NCBI GenBank assembly: GCA_963734095.1
Contig: CAVTGK010000019.1
Span: forward strand, 11,213-75,212
Length of the DNA stretch: 64,000 nt
Source of the DNA: an uncultured Acidobacteriota bacterium
Lineage (GTDB): Bacteria > Acidobacteriota > Vicinamibacteria > Vicinamibacterales > UBA2999
Reading direction: 5' to 3'
In this document: positions 1 through 11,288 of the stretch, in pieces
How the letters are laid out: each line of letters begins with the position of its first letter
Numbering within the stretch: position 1 is the first letter of the stretch
The notes under the pieces: generated by a model
Seen by the model: the letters and a program-made list of their open reading frames with translations, nothing else
Databases searched by the model: none
What the model was told of the DNA's origin: nothing
Program-made: the position numbers and the translations under genes

Positions 1-352
1 GATCCGCCGCCGTCCATCGGTAGGTTTGGTCGTCGAGACGCGTCACTGTGCCGTCGTCGATTACTTTGCCCTCTTCGTCGCACCACGGCGTGTAGTAGAC
101 CTGGCCAACCGCCATCTTCTTCGGATCGCGCGTGATCACGCGATCCACCAGCCTGGTAGCGTCACGACCGGACAGGCGGTACTTGAAGAGCGGCGAGACA
201 TCGATCACCGCGCAGGCATTCCGGATGGCGTTGTATTCGTGCTCGTGGTGTGTTTCGTAGGCGCTGACCGCGTAGTAGCCAGCCCAATCTCGATAGTTGA
301 GGCTCTCGCACAGCTCGTGCGTGCGGGTGTGAAATGCTGATGGAACCGGCAC
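1..352 (-). CDS. aminomethyltransferase family protein (GcvT-like), 5' part only; 3' end lies beyond the window start
   Basis: Not in the ORF track because it runs off the edge. The minus frame from GTG (350-352) reads VPVPSAFHTRTHELCESLNYRDWAGYYAVSAYETHHEHEYNAIRNACAVIDVSPLFKYRLSGRDATRLVDRVITRDPKKMAVGQVYYTPWCDEEGKVIDDGTVTRL. This is typical of the N-terminal region of glycine-cleavage T / aminomethyltransferase proteins. Confidence 0.6.
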   Translation of the reverse strand, partial: MPVPSAFHTRTHELCESLNYRDWAGYYAVSAYETHHEHEYNAIRNACAVIDVSPLFKYRLSGRDATRLVDRVITRDPKKMAVGQVYYTPWCDEEGKVIDDGTVTRLDDQTYRWTAAD

Positions 353-443
353 GTGGAAATCTTACTTCTGGACTCACTTGACCGAGACAAATTCAACACG
401 AGGCTTCGCTTCCTGACCTCAACTGAATCGCCGTCTAACCGCA

Positions 444-2045
444 ATGCGATCACATACAATTTCCCCCGTGCACTACGACGCAATCGTCATCGGTGGCGGG
501 CACAACGGGCTCACGTGCGCGGCGTATCTTGCGCGGGCGGGCCGCAAAGTCGTCGTGCTCGAGAAGCGCCACGTGCTCGGCGGCGCGGCCGTCACCGAGG
601 AAGTGTTTCCGGGTTTCAAGTTCTCGGTCTGCTCGTACGTCGTCTCGCTGCTGCGACCCGAGATCATTCGGGAACTCGACTTACCGAGCCACGGCATGGA
701 GCTGCTGCCGCTCGACGGCACGTTCACGCCGATGCCGAGCGGCGACTATCTGTGGCGCGTCAACGATCACTACAAGACCCGGCGTGAAATCGCACGACAC
801 TCCAGGCTCGACGCCGAGGCGTATGAAGAGTACGGCAAGGCGATGATCGAGATGGGTCGCTTCGCCAAGCCGATTCTCGGCCTGACACCTCCCGATCCGA
901 CGTCGCTGGAGCCGCGAGGTCTGCTCGAGCTGCTGGCCATCGGCAAACGCTTTCGCGCCATGCGTCACCACGATCGCGTCAACCAGATTCAGTTGTTGAC
1001 GATGAGTGCCGTCGACTTCCTCGATCAATGGTTCGAGACCGACGTGTTGAAGGCCACGATGTCGGCGTCCGGCATTATCGGGACGTTCCTGGGCGTCCGC
1101 TCGCCGGGCACGGCGTATGTGCTGCTCCATCACTACATGGGCGAGATCGACGGCTCATTTCGCTCGTGGGGACTCTCGCGTGGGGGCACCGGCACAGTCT
1201 CGAACGCGATTGCATCCGCGGCGCGCGGCTTCGGGGCAGAGATTCGAACGCAGGCACCGGTCGCCCACCTGCTCGTGAAACGCGGGCGAGCGACCGGCGT
1301 CGCGCTCGCGAGCGGCGACGAGTTGACGGCCGACGTCGTGATCTCGAGCGTGGATCCCAACCTGACGTTTCTGAAGCTGATGGATCCACGTGTGCTGCCG
1401 CCGGACTTCGTCGAGAGCGTCCGCCGCTACAAGTTTCGCGGCTCATCGGGCAAAGTCAATCTCGCACTCGACGCGCTGCCAGAGTTCACGTGTTTGCGTG
1501 GTGAAGGTCCACATCTGCGCGGAGCGATTTCGATTTCGCCGTCAATCGACTACATGGAACAGGCGTACGATGATGCGAAGTACGGACGATTCTCGCGACG
1601 GCCGTACATCGACATCGTCATTCCGTCTCTGACCGATCCCAGCGTCGCGCCGCCCGGCAAGCACGTCATGTCGTGCTTCGTCCAGTACGCGCCCTATCAC
1701 CTGAAGGAGGGCACCTGGGACCAGCAGCGCGAGGCGTTTGGCGACGCTGTGATTGACGCCATCGCAGAATTCGCACCAAACATCAGGAACATCATCCGGC
1801 ATCGTCAGGTGCTGACGCCGCTCGACGTCGAGCGCGAGTTTGGACTCACCGAAGGCAACATCTTCCAGGGCGAACTGACGCTCGAGCAGTTGTTTTTCTT
1901 GAGGCCCGTGCCGGGCTGGGCGCAGTACGCCACGCCGGTGAACCGGCTGTATCTGTGCGGTTCGGCCACGCATCCGGGCGGAGGCATCATGGGCGCGCCT
2001 GGCCGCAATGCGGCCTTGAAAGTGCTCAAGGAGATTGCTGCGTGA
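444..2045 (+). CDS. NAD(P)/FAD-dependent oxidoreductase, phytoene desaturase (CrtI)-like family
   Basis: Intact 533-aa ORF. Has the N-terminal dinucleotide fold DAIVIGGGHNGLTCAAYLARAGRKVVVLEKRHVLGG and the C-terminal LCGSATHPGGGIMGAPG. Confidence 0.85.
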   Translation: MRSHTISPVHYDAIVIGGGHNGLTCAAYLARAGRKVVVLEKRHVLGGAAVTEEVFPGFKFSVCSYVVSLLRPEIIRELDLPSHGMELLPLDGTFTPMPSGDYLWRVNDHYKTRREIARHSRLDAEAYEEYGKAMIEMGRFAKPILGLTPPDPTSLEPRGLLELLAIGKRFRAMRHHDRVNQIQLLTMSAVDFLDQWFETDVLKATMSASGIIGTFLGVRSPGTAYVLLHHYMGEIDGSFRSWGLSRGGTGTVSNAIASAARGFGAEIRTQAPVAHLLVKRGRATGVALASGDELTADVVISSVDPNLTFLKLMDPRVLPPDFVESVRRYKFRGSSGKVNLALDALPEFTCLRGEGPHLRGAISISPSIDYMEQAYDDAKYGRFSRRPYIDIVIPSLTDPSVAPPGKHVMSCFVQYAPYHLKEGTWDQQREAFGDAVIDAIAEFAPNIRNIIRHRQVLTPLDVEREFGLTEGNIFQGELTLEQLFFLRPVPGWAQYATPVNRLYLCGSATHPGGGIMGAPGRNAALKVLKEIAA

Positions 2046-3616
2046 GCAGCCATCCCGTCGTGATCATCGGCGGTGGCATCAACGGGCTGACGTGCGCCGC
2101 CTTTCTTGCCAAAGCCGGCGTCGCACCCATCGTCCTCGAGCGGCTCGATGCGGTCGGGGGCGGTGCGCGGACCGCCGAGATCGCACCCGGGTTTCGTGGC
2201 CCCATCCTGTCCCACAGCGCGGGGCCGTTTCGTGGCGACATCATCGACGAGCTGCATCTGGCGAGCCACGGTCTGGAGTTCGTGCGTTCGGAGGTGAGCG
2301 TCGCGGCGCTCGGCGCGGACAAGCAGGTCCTGACGCTTTACGAAGACCCGAAGAAGACGGCGAAGGCACTTCGCGCGTGGTCGCCGAACGACGCGGAGGC
2401 ATGGCCCGCGGTTTGTTTCGTCCGTTGCGTCACTTGGTCGCGTCATCAGCACGTTGTATGCCGCCACGCCGCGCGCCGGTCGACGAACCCGCAGGGCGAG
2501 ACTTGTGGGCGCTGCTCCGGACGCTGCGAGCGTTCCGCGCCCTCGACAAACCTGACGCGTATCGCCTGTTGCGTTGGGGACCAATGGCGGTCGCCAATCT
2601 CGTCGGCGAATGCTTCGAGCACGAGCGCGTGCGCGCGGCCGTCGCGGCTGATGGCATCTTTGGGACGCGCCTCGGTCCGTGGTCGGCCGGGAGCGGCCTC
2701 GTCCTGCTGTTGCGCGCCGCCAACGAGGCCCTCGGACCGGCACGTGCATGGTTTGCGCGAGGAGGACCGGGAGCGATTGCCACCGCGCTCGAGCGCGTGG
2801 TCCAAGGGAGCGGCGGCTCGATTCGGACCAGAGCGTCGGTGCGTCAGATCATCGTGAAGGACGATCGCGCACGAGGCGTGGTGTTGATGGACGGTACCGA
2901 GATCGCGGCTCGCGCTGTCATTTCGGCAGTCGATCCGAAGCAGACCTTCCTCGGGTTGTGCGATCCGACCGATCTTGCGCCCGAGTTCCTGTGGCGGATG
3001 CGCAACTATCGCGCGCACGGAACCGTCGCGAAGTTGAACCTTGCATTGTCGGCGTTGCCCACCTTCACCGGGGTCGATCGCGAGTCGTTGACGGCGCGTG
3101 TCCGGATTGCTCCCGAGATCGACTACCTCGAGCGCGCATTCGATCACTCGAAGTACGGGCGGTTCTCACCGGAACCGTACGTCGAGCTCACCATACCGTC
3201 GGTCCTCGACCCGTCGTTGACGACGCAACGGAGGGCATGTGCTCTCCGCCTACGTGCAGTTTGCTCCCTACGTGCTGCGCGAGGGTTCGTGGGACGAGCA
3301 GCGCGAGCACCTTGCTCGGACAGCGATTGACACGATGGAGCGTCATGCCCCAGGCTTGCGTTCACTCATCGTTGCGCAGCAGGTGATCACGCCGCTGGAT
3401 CTCGAACGTGACTATGGGCTGACCGGCGGGCACATTTTCCATGGCGAGCTGGCGCTCGACCAGATGCTCACGATGCGGCCACTGCTGGGCTGGGGGCAGT
3501 ATCGGACGCCGATTCGCGACCTGTATTTGTGCGGGTCGGGCACCCATCCCGGGACTGGCCTCACCGGCGGATCGGGCGCCAACGCCGCGCGCGAGATTTT
3601 GCGCTCGATTCGCTAG
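2042..3616 (+). CDS. second CrtI-like NAD(P)/FAD-dependent oxidoreductase (paralog of the upstream gene), frameshifted in this sequence
   Basis: GTG at 2042 overlaps the upstream stop (GTGA). VSSHPVVIIGGGINGLTCAAFLAKAGV... continues through pieces of ORFs 1955..2857, 2035..3330 and 3239..3616. Frame changes are needed near 2405, 2470 and 3230. The C-terminal LYLCGSGTHPGTGLTGGSG is conserved. Confidence 0.75.
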
Positions 3617-3703
3617 AACGTTCCACGGCCTCACGGCCGCGCGGCCGGATGGCCAAGAATAGTGACTGGCGTCTAAACCGTCAACAACCCGAGAATCACT
3701 TTT

Positions 3704-3785
3704 GAACTGACAACTGAGAACTGAAAACTGCCGGCGACTGGCAACGGCAACGGTGTAGACCGTGGACCGTGGACCGTGGATCGTG
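3704..3785. repeat. composite intergenic simple repeats: (NAACTGA)x4, GGCAACGG-type, then (GACCGTG)x3+GATCGTG
   Basis: gaactga caactga gaactga aaactg (3704-3730); ccggcgactggcaacggcaacgg (3731-3753); gaccgtg x3 plus gatcgtg (3758-3785). Confidence 0.9.
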
Positions 3786-3795
3786 AGAGGCGACC

Positions 3796-5558
3796 ATGAA
3801 ACTCCCTCAATTCGTAGTGATGGTGGCGATCGTCCTTGCAAGCTCGAACGGCGCGATTGCCCAACAGCCCACACCTCCAGGCGCAATCGTTCCCGCCAGC
3901 CGCAGAGGCCGCAGCGCACACCACCTCGCGCGGTGCGCCCTGGCGAGGATCCGCAAAAGGGCACATCGATCGTGCGCGGACACGTTCTTGCGGCAGAGAC
4001 CGGAACTCCTCTGCGACGAGCCCTGGTCAATGTTCGGTCGGCTGACGGCCGCAGCGGAGGGGTGGCGACAACCGATGCGCAGGGCCGATTCGAGATCAAA
4101 GAGCTTCTCGGGGGCCGCTACACGATCACGGCGCAGAAAGCGGGATACGTCACAACGAGCTACGGACAGCGGCGAGCTGAACAACCTGGCACGCCGCTGG
4201 AGTTACTGGAAGGTCAGATCGCCGACAAAGTCACGTTGTCTTTACCGCGCGGCGGTGTCATCACCGGAAGGGTTGTCGACGAATTCGGCGATCCCATTGC
4301 CGGCGCCCAGGTCAACGCCCTGCGATTCCGGTTCGTGAATAATGGCCGCCGACTGATGCCGAGCGGCAATGGACAGAGCGATGACCTTGGCAACTTTCGG
4401 ATCTTCGGACTTGCGCCAGGCGATTACTACGTCTCCGCGGGCCTGCGATCGCAGAACATGATGGGCATGAACATGTCTGGCGGCAGCATGTCCAGCAATG
4501 TCGAGGGATACGCTCCGACCTATTTCCCAGGCACGCCAAATGCCGCCGAGGCGCAACGGATCGTCGTCCGCGTGGGGCGCGACACCACCGACATCTCGTT
4601 CGCGTTGACCCCGACCCGTCTGGTGACGGTTTCTGGTCGCGCCGTGTCGTCCAGTGGGGAACCCTACGTGCAGGCGTTCATCAGCGCCATGCCTGCCGAG
4701 CGCTATGGCGCCATGACGATGGGCCTGGGCATGAATAACGCCATGACCAGGCCCGATGGCACGTTTCAATTGTCGGGAGTGGCCCCGGGCACTTACAACC
4801 TCTCGCTGCGTCCGAACATGGGCGGCGGCAGGTTCGACGAGAATGCCGAGTTCGCAAACCTCAGGATCGCTGTCGGTCAGGATGACCTGATCAACGTGTT
4901 GCTCGTGTCATCGCGCGGGGCGGTCGCGCGTGGTGTCGTCGTGAGTGACGATGGGTCCGCGCTGCCTGTCAGGCCACCACAGGTATCGATCTTCGCTCAG
5001 CCAATCGATCCCGACACCATGAGCATGGGCATGGGACCCAACCAGCCCAAAGTGAACGACGACCTCACGTTCGAGATTCCAGGGCTGTCCGAGTCGCGTC
5101 TGATCAGGGCCAATCTCGGCGGCACGATGGATTGGACGTTGAAGGCGGTGTATCACCGCGGCCAGGACGTTACCGATACACCGATTGACTTCGTCCCCGG
5201 GCGGGACGTCGAAGGGATTGAGATCGTCTTCACCCGGAAACGAACCGAGCTTTCCGGTACGGTCACCAACGATCGCGGTGAGGTCGACACCGACGCGACG
5301 GTCCTCATTTTTTCGTCCGACCGGGAACGCTGGACGGCAATGACTCGTTTCGTGCGGACCGCCAGACCGGCACAGGATGGCCGCTACAATCTGCGCGGGA
5401 TGCCGCCGCATGACTATCTGGTGGTGGCGGTCCGAAACGTCGAGATGGGTCAGTGGCAAGACCCGGATTTCCTCGAAAGCGTGCGGGATCAGGCCGTCCG
5501 GGTGTCGCTCGGCGAAGGGGAAACCAAAGTGCAGGACCTCAAGGTGGCGAAACAGTGA
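3796..5558 (+). CDS. secreted carboxypeptidase-regulatory-like (CarboxypepD_reg) domain protein, one frameshift
   Basis: GAGAGG precedes the ATG at 3796. Signal peptide MKLPQFVVMVAIVLASSNGAIAQQ (ORF 3796..4338), then a frame change near 3900 into ORF 3762..5558. Repeated beta-sandwich motifs are present, e.g. VRGHVLAAETGTPLRRALVNV and ITGRVVDEFGDPIAGAQVNAL. Confidence 0.75.
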
Positions 5559-5580
5559 AACAGGTGCCTGCGGTGCCGAA

Positions 5581-5799
5581 GTGTGCCGATGGCGAGTGCG
5601 CTTCCTGATTGCTCGGCTGGCGCCTGTCACAGCGGCGGCGCAGATGACGTTTCGGTTGCGCGGCACGGTCCACGACAACGACGGCAAGCCCGTCGCCGGT
5701 TTGACGGTCCGCGCCGAAGCGCTCCAGGGCTTTCGTGGCGAGCAGTTTGTCGGTCAAGAAGGAATTCGAGGTTTGAGCAGGTGGCGGGATTCTAAATGA
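5581..5799 (+). pseudogene. short fragment resembling the start of a CarboxypepD_reg-domain protein
   Basis: Tail of ORF 5377..5799 after the upstream stop: VCRWRVRFLIARLAPVTAAAQMTFRLRGTVHDNDGKPVAGLTVRAEAL... then a stop after about 70 codons. There is no continuation in any frame. Confidence 0.25.
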
Positions 5800-5830
5800 T
5801 GGTGCCTGAGGCTTGTTAGGGTGTCTGGTT

Positions 5831-5850
5831 GCCTTCGTGCCTTCGTGGCT
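5831..5850. repeat. CTTCGTG-family repeat (GCCTTCGTGCCTTCGTGGCT)
   Basis: Direct reading. It is the same word as in the palindromic elements at 12.6, 37.9 and 39.4 kb. Confidence 0.8.
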
Positions 5851-5860
5851 TGATCGATCC

Positions 5861-6830
5861 TCAGAAATAATCACTCCGCCAATACACCACCTGCGATGCC
5901 TCCAGCGGAGGCAGCGGCAACGCGCGATCTTTGAGCGGGCGGATCATCAGCACTTCTGTCGTCCGCTGTCTGTCGGTGCGCGTGATCTGCGGAGGCGCAA
6001 ATCCGTGCGGGAACCAGGCGTCAATCTCGGGTACTGGCTGGTGCGGCGTTCGAGCGAGCATGAGTTGCAGCATGGCACCAACGCGGGCGCCCGTCGGATC
6101 GCGATCGCCCGCATCTTCGATGAACCACCGGCCCTGATGAATCGTGGAGATCACGTAGGCGACCGCCTGAAGCCCCTCTTCGGTCACGAGAAACTCGGTC
6201 TCGCGCAACCCGGCAGGACCGAGGCCCGCCAGCAGGCGACGCTTCGTCACGCCGAACTTGATCAGGTCCTCTGTGCGGTCGAGGGCCAACCGCGCGCCGC
6301 GTGACCGCGCGGCCGCCATCTCGACGATCGACGGCAGATCGCGGTCGTCACCGGCGCGCACCAGGACCGCGGGCGTCCCACGGCCGCGTGTCACCTCGAG
6401 CCGCGACTCGAGCAGCGGCACCGGCACAAAATCAATGGCTTCGTAGAACGCCGGCGCGATCTCCGAGAACAACATCGCGTATTCGTAGCCCTCTGCTTCC
6501 GCCGCATCGAGCATCATCGCCATCAGGCGGCGGGCGCCGCCACGGCCCGCGGCGGCCCGGTGACGTGAACACGGCGCCGATGCCCAGGACACGGCGGATT
6601 CGGCCATCGATTCGGGCGCTCAGGTCATACCGCTTGGCACTGGAGGTGACCGTTCCCTGCTCGACGAGCGCCACGCGGTCGAGATGCGAAGCGCCCCATG
6701 CCGTGCGCCGTTGCGCTTCCCAGAACCGCACATACGCGTCAAAGGTCAATCCATCGCCCCATAATGGGAAGGATTCTCGTTGGATTTGCTCGAGATGTGG
6801 GCCGGTGGCCGGAACAAGCTGATCGGTCAC
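5861..6830 (-). CDS. GNAT family N-acetyltransferase with C-terminal Eis/SCP2-like extension, one frameshift
   Basis: GTG at 6830 gives VTDQLVPATGPHLEQIQRESFPLWGDGLTFDAYVRFWEAQRR...GIGAVFTSPGRRG (tail of ORF 6432..7784). A frame change near 6545 leads into ORF 5861..6607 (RGGARRLMAMMLDAAEAEGYEYAMLFSEI...), which carries the GNAT R-x-x-G-x-G/A motif. Confidence 0.7.
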
Positions 6831-6890
6831 GAGCTGGTTAAACCCCGGGGCGACTGGAAGTGTCCAACAAGGCAGGTGAGAGGGTATCGC

Positions 6891-8660
6891 ATGAGCGCTT
6901 TCTCCGTAACCGCGGCACGTTGCCTCCTCGTCGGACTGCTTGGCCTGGTCGTGTCGCAAAGGCCGACCGCGGTAACCGCCGCCGGCAACATTCCCAACGA
7001 CGAACGAGCGGTCGTTCACGCCCTCAATCGCCTGGCATTTGGCCCGCGGCCTGGCGACGTCGATCGCGTGCGGAAGTTGGGGCTCGCCACGTGGATCGAT
7101 CAGCAGCTTCGACCGGACCGGATCAACGACACGGCCATGGACTCGCGCCTTGCAGGTCTGACGACGTTGTCGCGAGAGTCTGAGGAGCTGGCCCAGGACT
7201 TTGTCGCGGCCCGACAGGAGCGGCGACAGCGCCAGCTTGCAACCGGACGCGAGGGCGCCGCTGAGGGCACGACCACTCCCGGCCAGGCGACTCAACGCCC
7301 CGGTGACGCTATGGAGCCAAAGGGGGAGCCAACGGGGGAGCCAAAGCGGGAGCCCCTGGGGGAGCCCATGGGCACCAGCGGCCAGCGCCCTGCGCTCATG
7401 AGCGAGGCGGCCCAGCGCGAGCGCCGCGCGTTTGCCGAGATGGCCGAGGCCAAGATTCTCCGCGCGGTCTACAGCGACCGTCAACTCGAGGAGGTGCTGG
7501 TCGATTTCTGGTTCAACCATTTCAACGTCTTCGCACGGAAGGGTCAGACGGAGATCTACGTCGGCGAGTACGAGCGCGAGGCCATTCGTCCCCACGTTCT
7601 TGGTAGCTTTCGCGAACTGCTTGGAGCAACGGCGAAGAGTCCCGCGATGCTGGTGTATCTCGACAACTGGATGAGCGCCGATCCGAACGCCGCGTCTCGC
7701 CTCGCGAATCCCCGACGACCGAACGCCGGTGCCAATCGGCGCGGGCAAGCGCGTCTCGGAGGACAGCGACCTGGCGCGCAGCAATCACCGAATCCCAACG
7801 CCACCAACCGGATGCCGCGCGGCCTCAACGAAAACTACGCGCGAGAGCTGCTCGAGCTGCACACGCTCGGTGTGGATGGCGGCTACACCCAGCAGGATGT
7901 CGTCGAGGTCGCCCGAGCGTTCACGGGCTGGACGATCGGCCGTCCCGCCGATCCCGGGTTCCGCTTTGTCGCGGCCATGCACGATCGCGGCGCGAAGAAA
8001 GTGCTCGGGCACAATCTTGCGGCCGGCAGTGGCATTGAAGACGGCGAAAAAGTCCTGGACATCATCGCGTCTCACCCGGCGACCGCTCGCCACATCGCGT
8101 TCAAGCTCGCCCAACGCTTCGTGAGCGATGCCCCGCCGGATGACGCTCGTCGATCGCGCGGCGGAGACGTTTCACCAGGACCAAGGGCAATCTGCGCGAG
8201 GTCGTGCGAACCATCGTCACGTCGCCCGAGTTCTTTGCACCGGCGGCGTATCGCGCGAAGGTGAAGACACCGTTCGAGTTCGTGGTGAGCGCGCTTCGCG
8301 CAACCGCCGCGGATGTGCGGCAGGCGACCGCCACCGTGCGCGCGCTCGCGGGCCTGGGCATGCCGCTCTATCTCTGCCAGCCGCCGACCGGCTACGACGA
8401 GACGGCCGACACGCTGGGTCTCGTCCGGTGCGCTCGTCAATCGGATGAATTTCGCGCTCGCAATCGCCGGCGGACAGATGCGCGGCGTGCGCGTCAGCGA
8501 TCTGTCGACGACGCCGTCGACGGCGCCGCGAGCGCATCGTCCGCGACGCGCTCGCCGGCGACGTGTCAACGACCACGCTCGAGACGATTGCGAAAGCGAC
8601 AACCGTCGAACAGGCGATCGCGCTTGTCATCGGCTCGCCCGAGTTCCAACGACGCAGTAG
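6891..8660 (+). CDS. DUF1800 domain-containing protein, several frameshifts near the 3' end
   Basis: ATG at 6891 preceded by GGTGAGAGG. Signal MSAFSVTAARCLLVGLLGLVVS. Family blocks seen: LNRLAFGPRPGD, LVDFWFNHFNVF, NENYARELLELHTLGVDGGYTQQDV. The C-terminal part is split over ORFs 6780..8264, 8204..8689 and 8313..8660 and ends ...LVIGSPEFQRR. Confidence 0.8.
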
Positions 8661-8677
8661 TGCAGATCGTTGGACGT

Positions 8678-8739
8678 CTTGCTTCGTGACTTCGGCCCTT
8701 CGTGGCACGTGACTCCGTGGTTCCGTTGTTCCGTGTTGG
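8678..8739. repeat. CTTCGTG/TTCCGTG-family repeat cluster
   Basis: cttgcttcgtgacttcggcccttcgtggcacgtgactccgtggttccgttgttccgtgttgg, located between the DUF1800 and DUF1501 genes. Confidence 0.8.
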
Positions 8740-8754
8740 CTCTAGGGGTCGACC

Positions 8755-10074
8755 ATGGTAACGAGACGAATCTTCCTGAAGTCGAGCGGCTTGGCGATGG
8801 TGACGCTCGGGTTCGCGCCGTCGTTTCTGGCGCGGACCGCCGAAGCGGCCGACGCTCGCGAGCGCAAGCTTCTCATCGCCGATCTTTCAACGCGGCGCAG
8901 TCGACGGGCTCAACATGATCGTGCCGTTCGGCGAGGGCGACTACTACCGCGTCCGGCCGTCGATCGCGATCCCACGGCCGGGCACGGGCGACGGCGCGGC
9001 CGTCGATCTCAACGGGTTCTTCGGGCTGCATCCGCGGATGGCGCCGCTCAAGCCGTTCTGGGACAACGCAGTCGCTGGCGATCGTGCACGCCTGCGGATC
9101 GCCGGACAGCACGCGCTCGCACTTCGACGCGCAGGACTACATGGAGTCGGCCACGCCGGGCGTCAAGAGCACGAAGGACGGCTGGCTGAACCGCTATCTG
9201 CAGGTGGCGCACGAAGGCGAGACGCCGCTGACCGCCGTCGCGATGACGCGCCAGATGCCGCGCTCGCTGCAGGGCACGCGCCGGCGCTTGCGATGGGCAG
9301 CGTCGGCGAGTTCGGCGTGCGCGGCGGCATGGCGGCACGCGACTCGTTCGAAGCGGCCTACGCGTCGGCCGCCGATCAAGTGCTCAAGGGAACGGCGAGA
9401 TGATGCGTTCGACGCGATGCGGACACTGTCGGCGCAACCGGGCAACGGCCGTATCGGCCGGCCAACGGCGCCGACTATCCGCGCTCGCCGTTCGGCCAGT
9501 CGCTGCAGGAGATCGCGCGGCTCGCCAAGGCGGACGTCGGCCTGGAGATCGCGTTCGCCGAGAGCGGTCAGTGGGACCATCACATCAACGAAGGCGGCGC
9601 GACCGGACAGATCGCCAATCGCCTCGACGATTTCGCCGCGGCATCGCCGCGCTCGCGCAGGACCTCGGCGATCGGATGGCCGACACGATCATCCTGACGA
9701 TGTCGGAGTTCGGTCGCGCGGTCGCGGAGAACGGCAACCGCGGCACCGACCATGGGCACGGCAACGCGATGATGCTGATCGGCGGCGAACGTCAAGGGCG
9801 GCGAGGTCTACGGCCATTGGCCGGGGCTGAAAGCCGAGCAACGCTTACGAAGGCCGCGACCTCGAAGGTGACGACCGACTTCCGCGATGTCTTTGGCGAG
9901 GTCGTCGATGCGTCACCTCGGCGCCGAGCGAACAGACCGCCGCGCGCAGTGTTCCCGGGATATGGCGTCAAGCCGGCAGCGTTCCGGAACGTCATGTCGG
10001 ACGGGACAGGTACAGATCACGCGAAGACACGAACTGATGATGCTCGAGCCACGGGCTCATCGATGATCTCGTGA
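8755..10074 (+). CDS. DUF1501 domain-containing protein (Tat signal), multiple frameshifts; 3' end uncertain (about 10000-10074)
   Basis: Twin-arginine leader MVTRRIFLKSSGLAMVTLGFAPSFLARTAEA. Pieces lie in ORFs 8755..9189, 8915..9403, 9084..9830 and 9400..10074, with sulfatase-like blocks HACGSPDSTRSHFDAQDYMES and GRAVAENGNRGTDHGHGNAMMLIGG. The DUF1800/DUF1501 pairing is a common arrangement. Confidence 0.75.
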
Positions 10075-10109
10075 TCTTCGTGCGCTTCGTGGCCGTGTCT
10101 CGTGATCGG
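10018..10109. repeat. inverted CACGAAG / CTTCGTG repeat pair
   Basis: Left arm cacgcgaagacacgaac (10018-10034). Right arm ctcgtgatcttcgtgcgcttcgtggccgtgtctcgtgatcgg (10068-10109). Confidence 0.7.
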
Positions 10110-10136
10110 CTGTCTGCCACGTGACATGATGATCGC

Positions 10137-11283
10137 GTGACCCTGAACGATCTGCCGACGCCGGCCGTGCTCATCGATCGCGCGCGCGCCCTTGCCAACA
10201 TCGATCGCATGCAGGACGCCGCCAACGCGCGCGGCATCCGCGATGCGGCCGCACGCCAAGACCCACAAGAGCCCGCTGGTCGCGCGGTGGCAGATCGATC
10301 GCGGCGCCATTGGCATCTGCTGCGCCAAGCTGGGCGAAGCCGAGGTGTTCGCCGACGCGGGCTTCACCGACATCCGGCTGCCCTATCCGATCAATCCCGA
10401 TCAACGCCCCGCGCGTCCTCGCGCTGCTCGACCGCACCGACGCTCTCGTTCATCGTCGATCACCTCGACGGTCGCGCGCGGCGTGGTCGGACGCGATGAC
10501 CGCCGCCGGGCGCACGCGTGGACGTGCTGGTCAAGGTGGATGTCGGCTTCCACCGCTGCGGCATCGATCCCGATCCGCGACGGCGCGTTCCGTTCATCAC
10601 AGGCCGTCGCCTCGCTGCCCGGGCTGCGCTTGCGCGGGCTGCTGTCGCACGCCGGCCACGCGTATCACGCCGCGTCGGAGGACGAGCTGCGAGCGATCGC
10701 CGAAGACGAAGCGCGGACGCTGCGGACGCTTGGCCGAGGCGCGCGCGCAGGCCGGCGTCGGCATCGACGGAGCTGAGCGCCGGCGCGACGCCGACCGCGC
10801 GCTTCTCGCTCGAGCAGGACGGCCTCACCGAGTACCGCGCCGGCAATTACGTCTACTTCGATCGCACGCAGGTCGGCCTGGGCGCGGCGACGATGGACGA
10901 CTGCGCGCTGACGGTGCTGGCCACGGTCGTGTCGCAAGCCCGCGGCCGACCGCATCATCCTCGACTGCGGCAGCAAGACGCTGACCTCCGACGGCGCGCG
11001 CGGCTTCATCGCCGCTCGCCGGGCCACGGCGCGGTCTTTCGCGAGTTGCGATGCCGCCCGGGCCAGGCCCGACGATGACTTGATCGTCGAGCGGCTCTCG
11101 GAGGAACATGCGACGGTCCGTGTCGCGTCGGGCCACACGCGCGCTCGAGCCCGGCGATCGCGTGCGGCTCGATCCCCAATCACTCGTGCGTGGTGTCGAA
11201 TCTGGTCGATCAGGCGTGGCGTGGATGGACGACGGGATCGTCACGGCCACTGCCGATCGCCGCTGCGCGGGCGGATCACGTGA
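10137..11283 (+). CDS. D-TA family PLP-dependent enzyme (D-threonine aldolase / D-serine deaminase-like, alanine racemase N-terminal fold), many frameshifts
   Basis: GTG at 10137: MTLNDLPTPAVLIDRARALANIDRMQ... Blocks RPHAKTHKSPLVARWQIDRGAIGICCAKLGEAEVFADAGFTDIRLPYPINP, DVLVKVDVGFHRCGIDP, LRGLLSHAGHAY and TEYRAGNYVYFDRTQV are spread over at least 5 frame pieces. The last frame ends at TGA 11281-11283. Confidence 0.7.
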
Positions 11284-11288
11284 GTGAC

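Noticed and set aside
1-4. The window begins with GATC, which could hint at a Sau3AI/BamHI-type cloning junction (fosmid/BAC insert end).
   Set aside because: A 4-nt match has no statistical weight, and the window may simply be cut from a longer sequence. It cannot be evaluated from the sequence alone.
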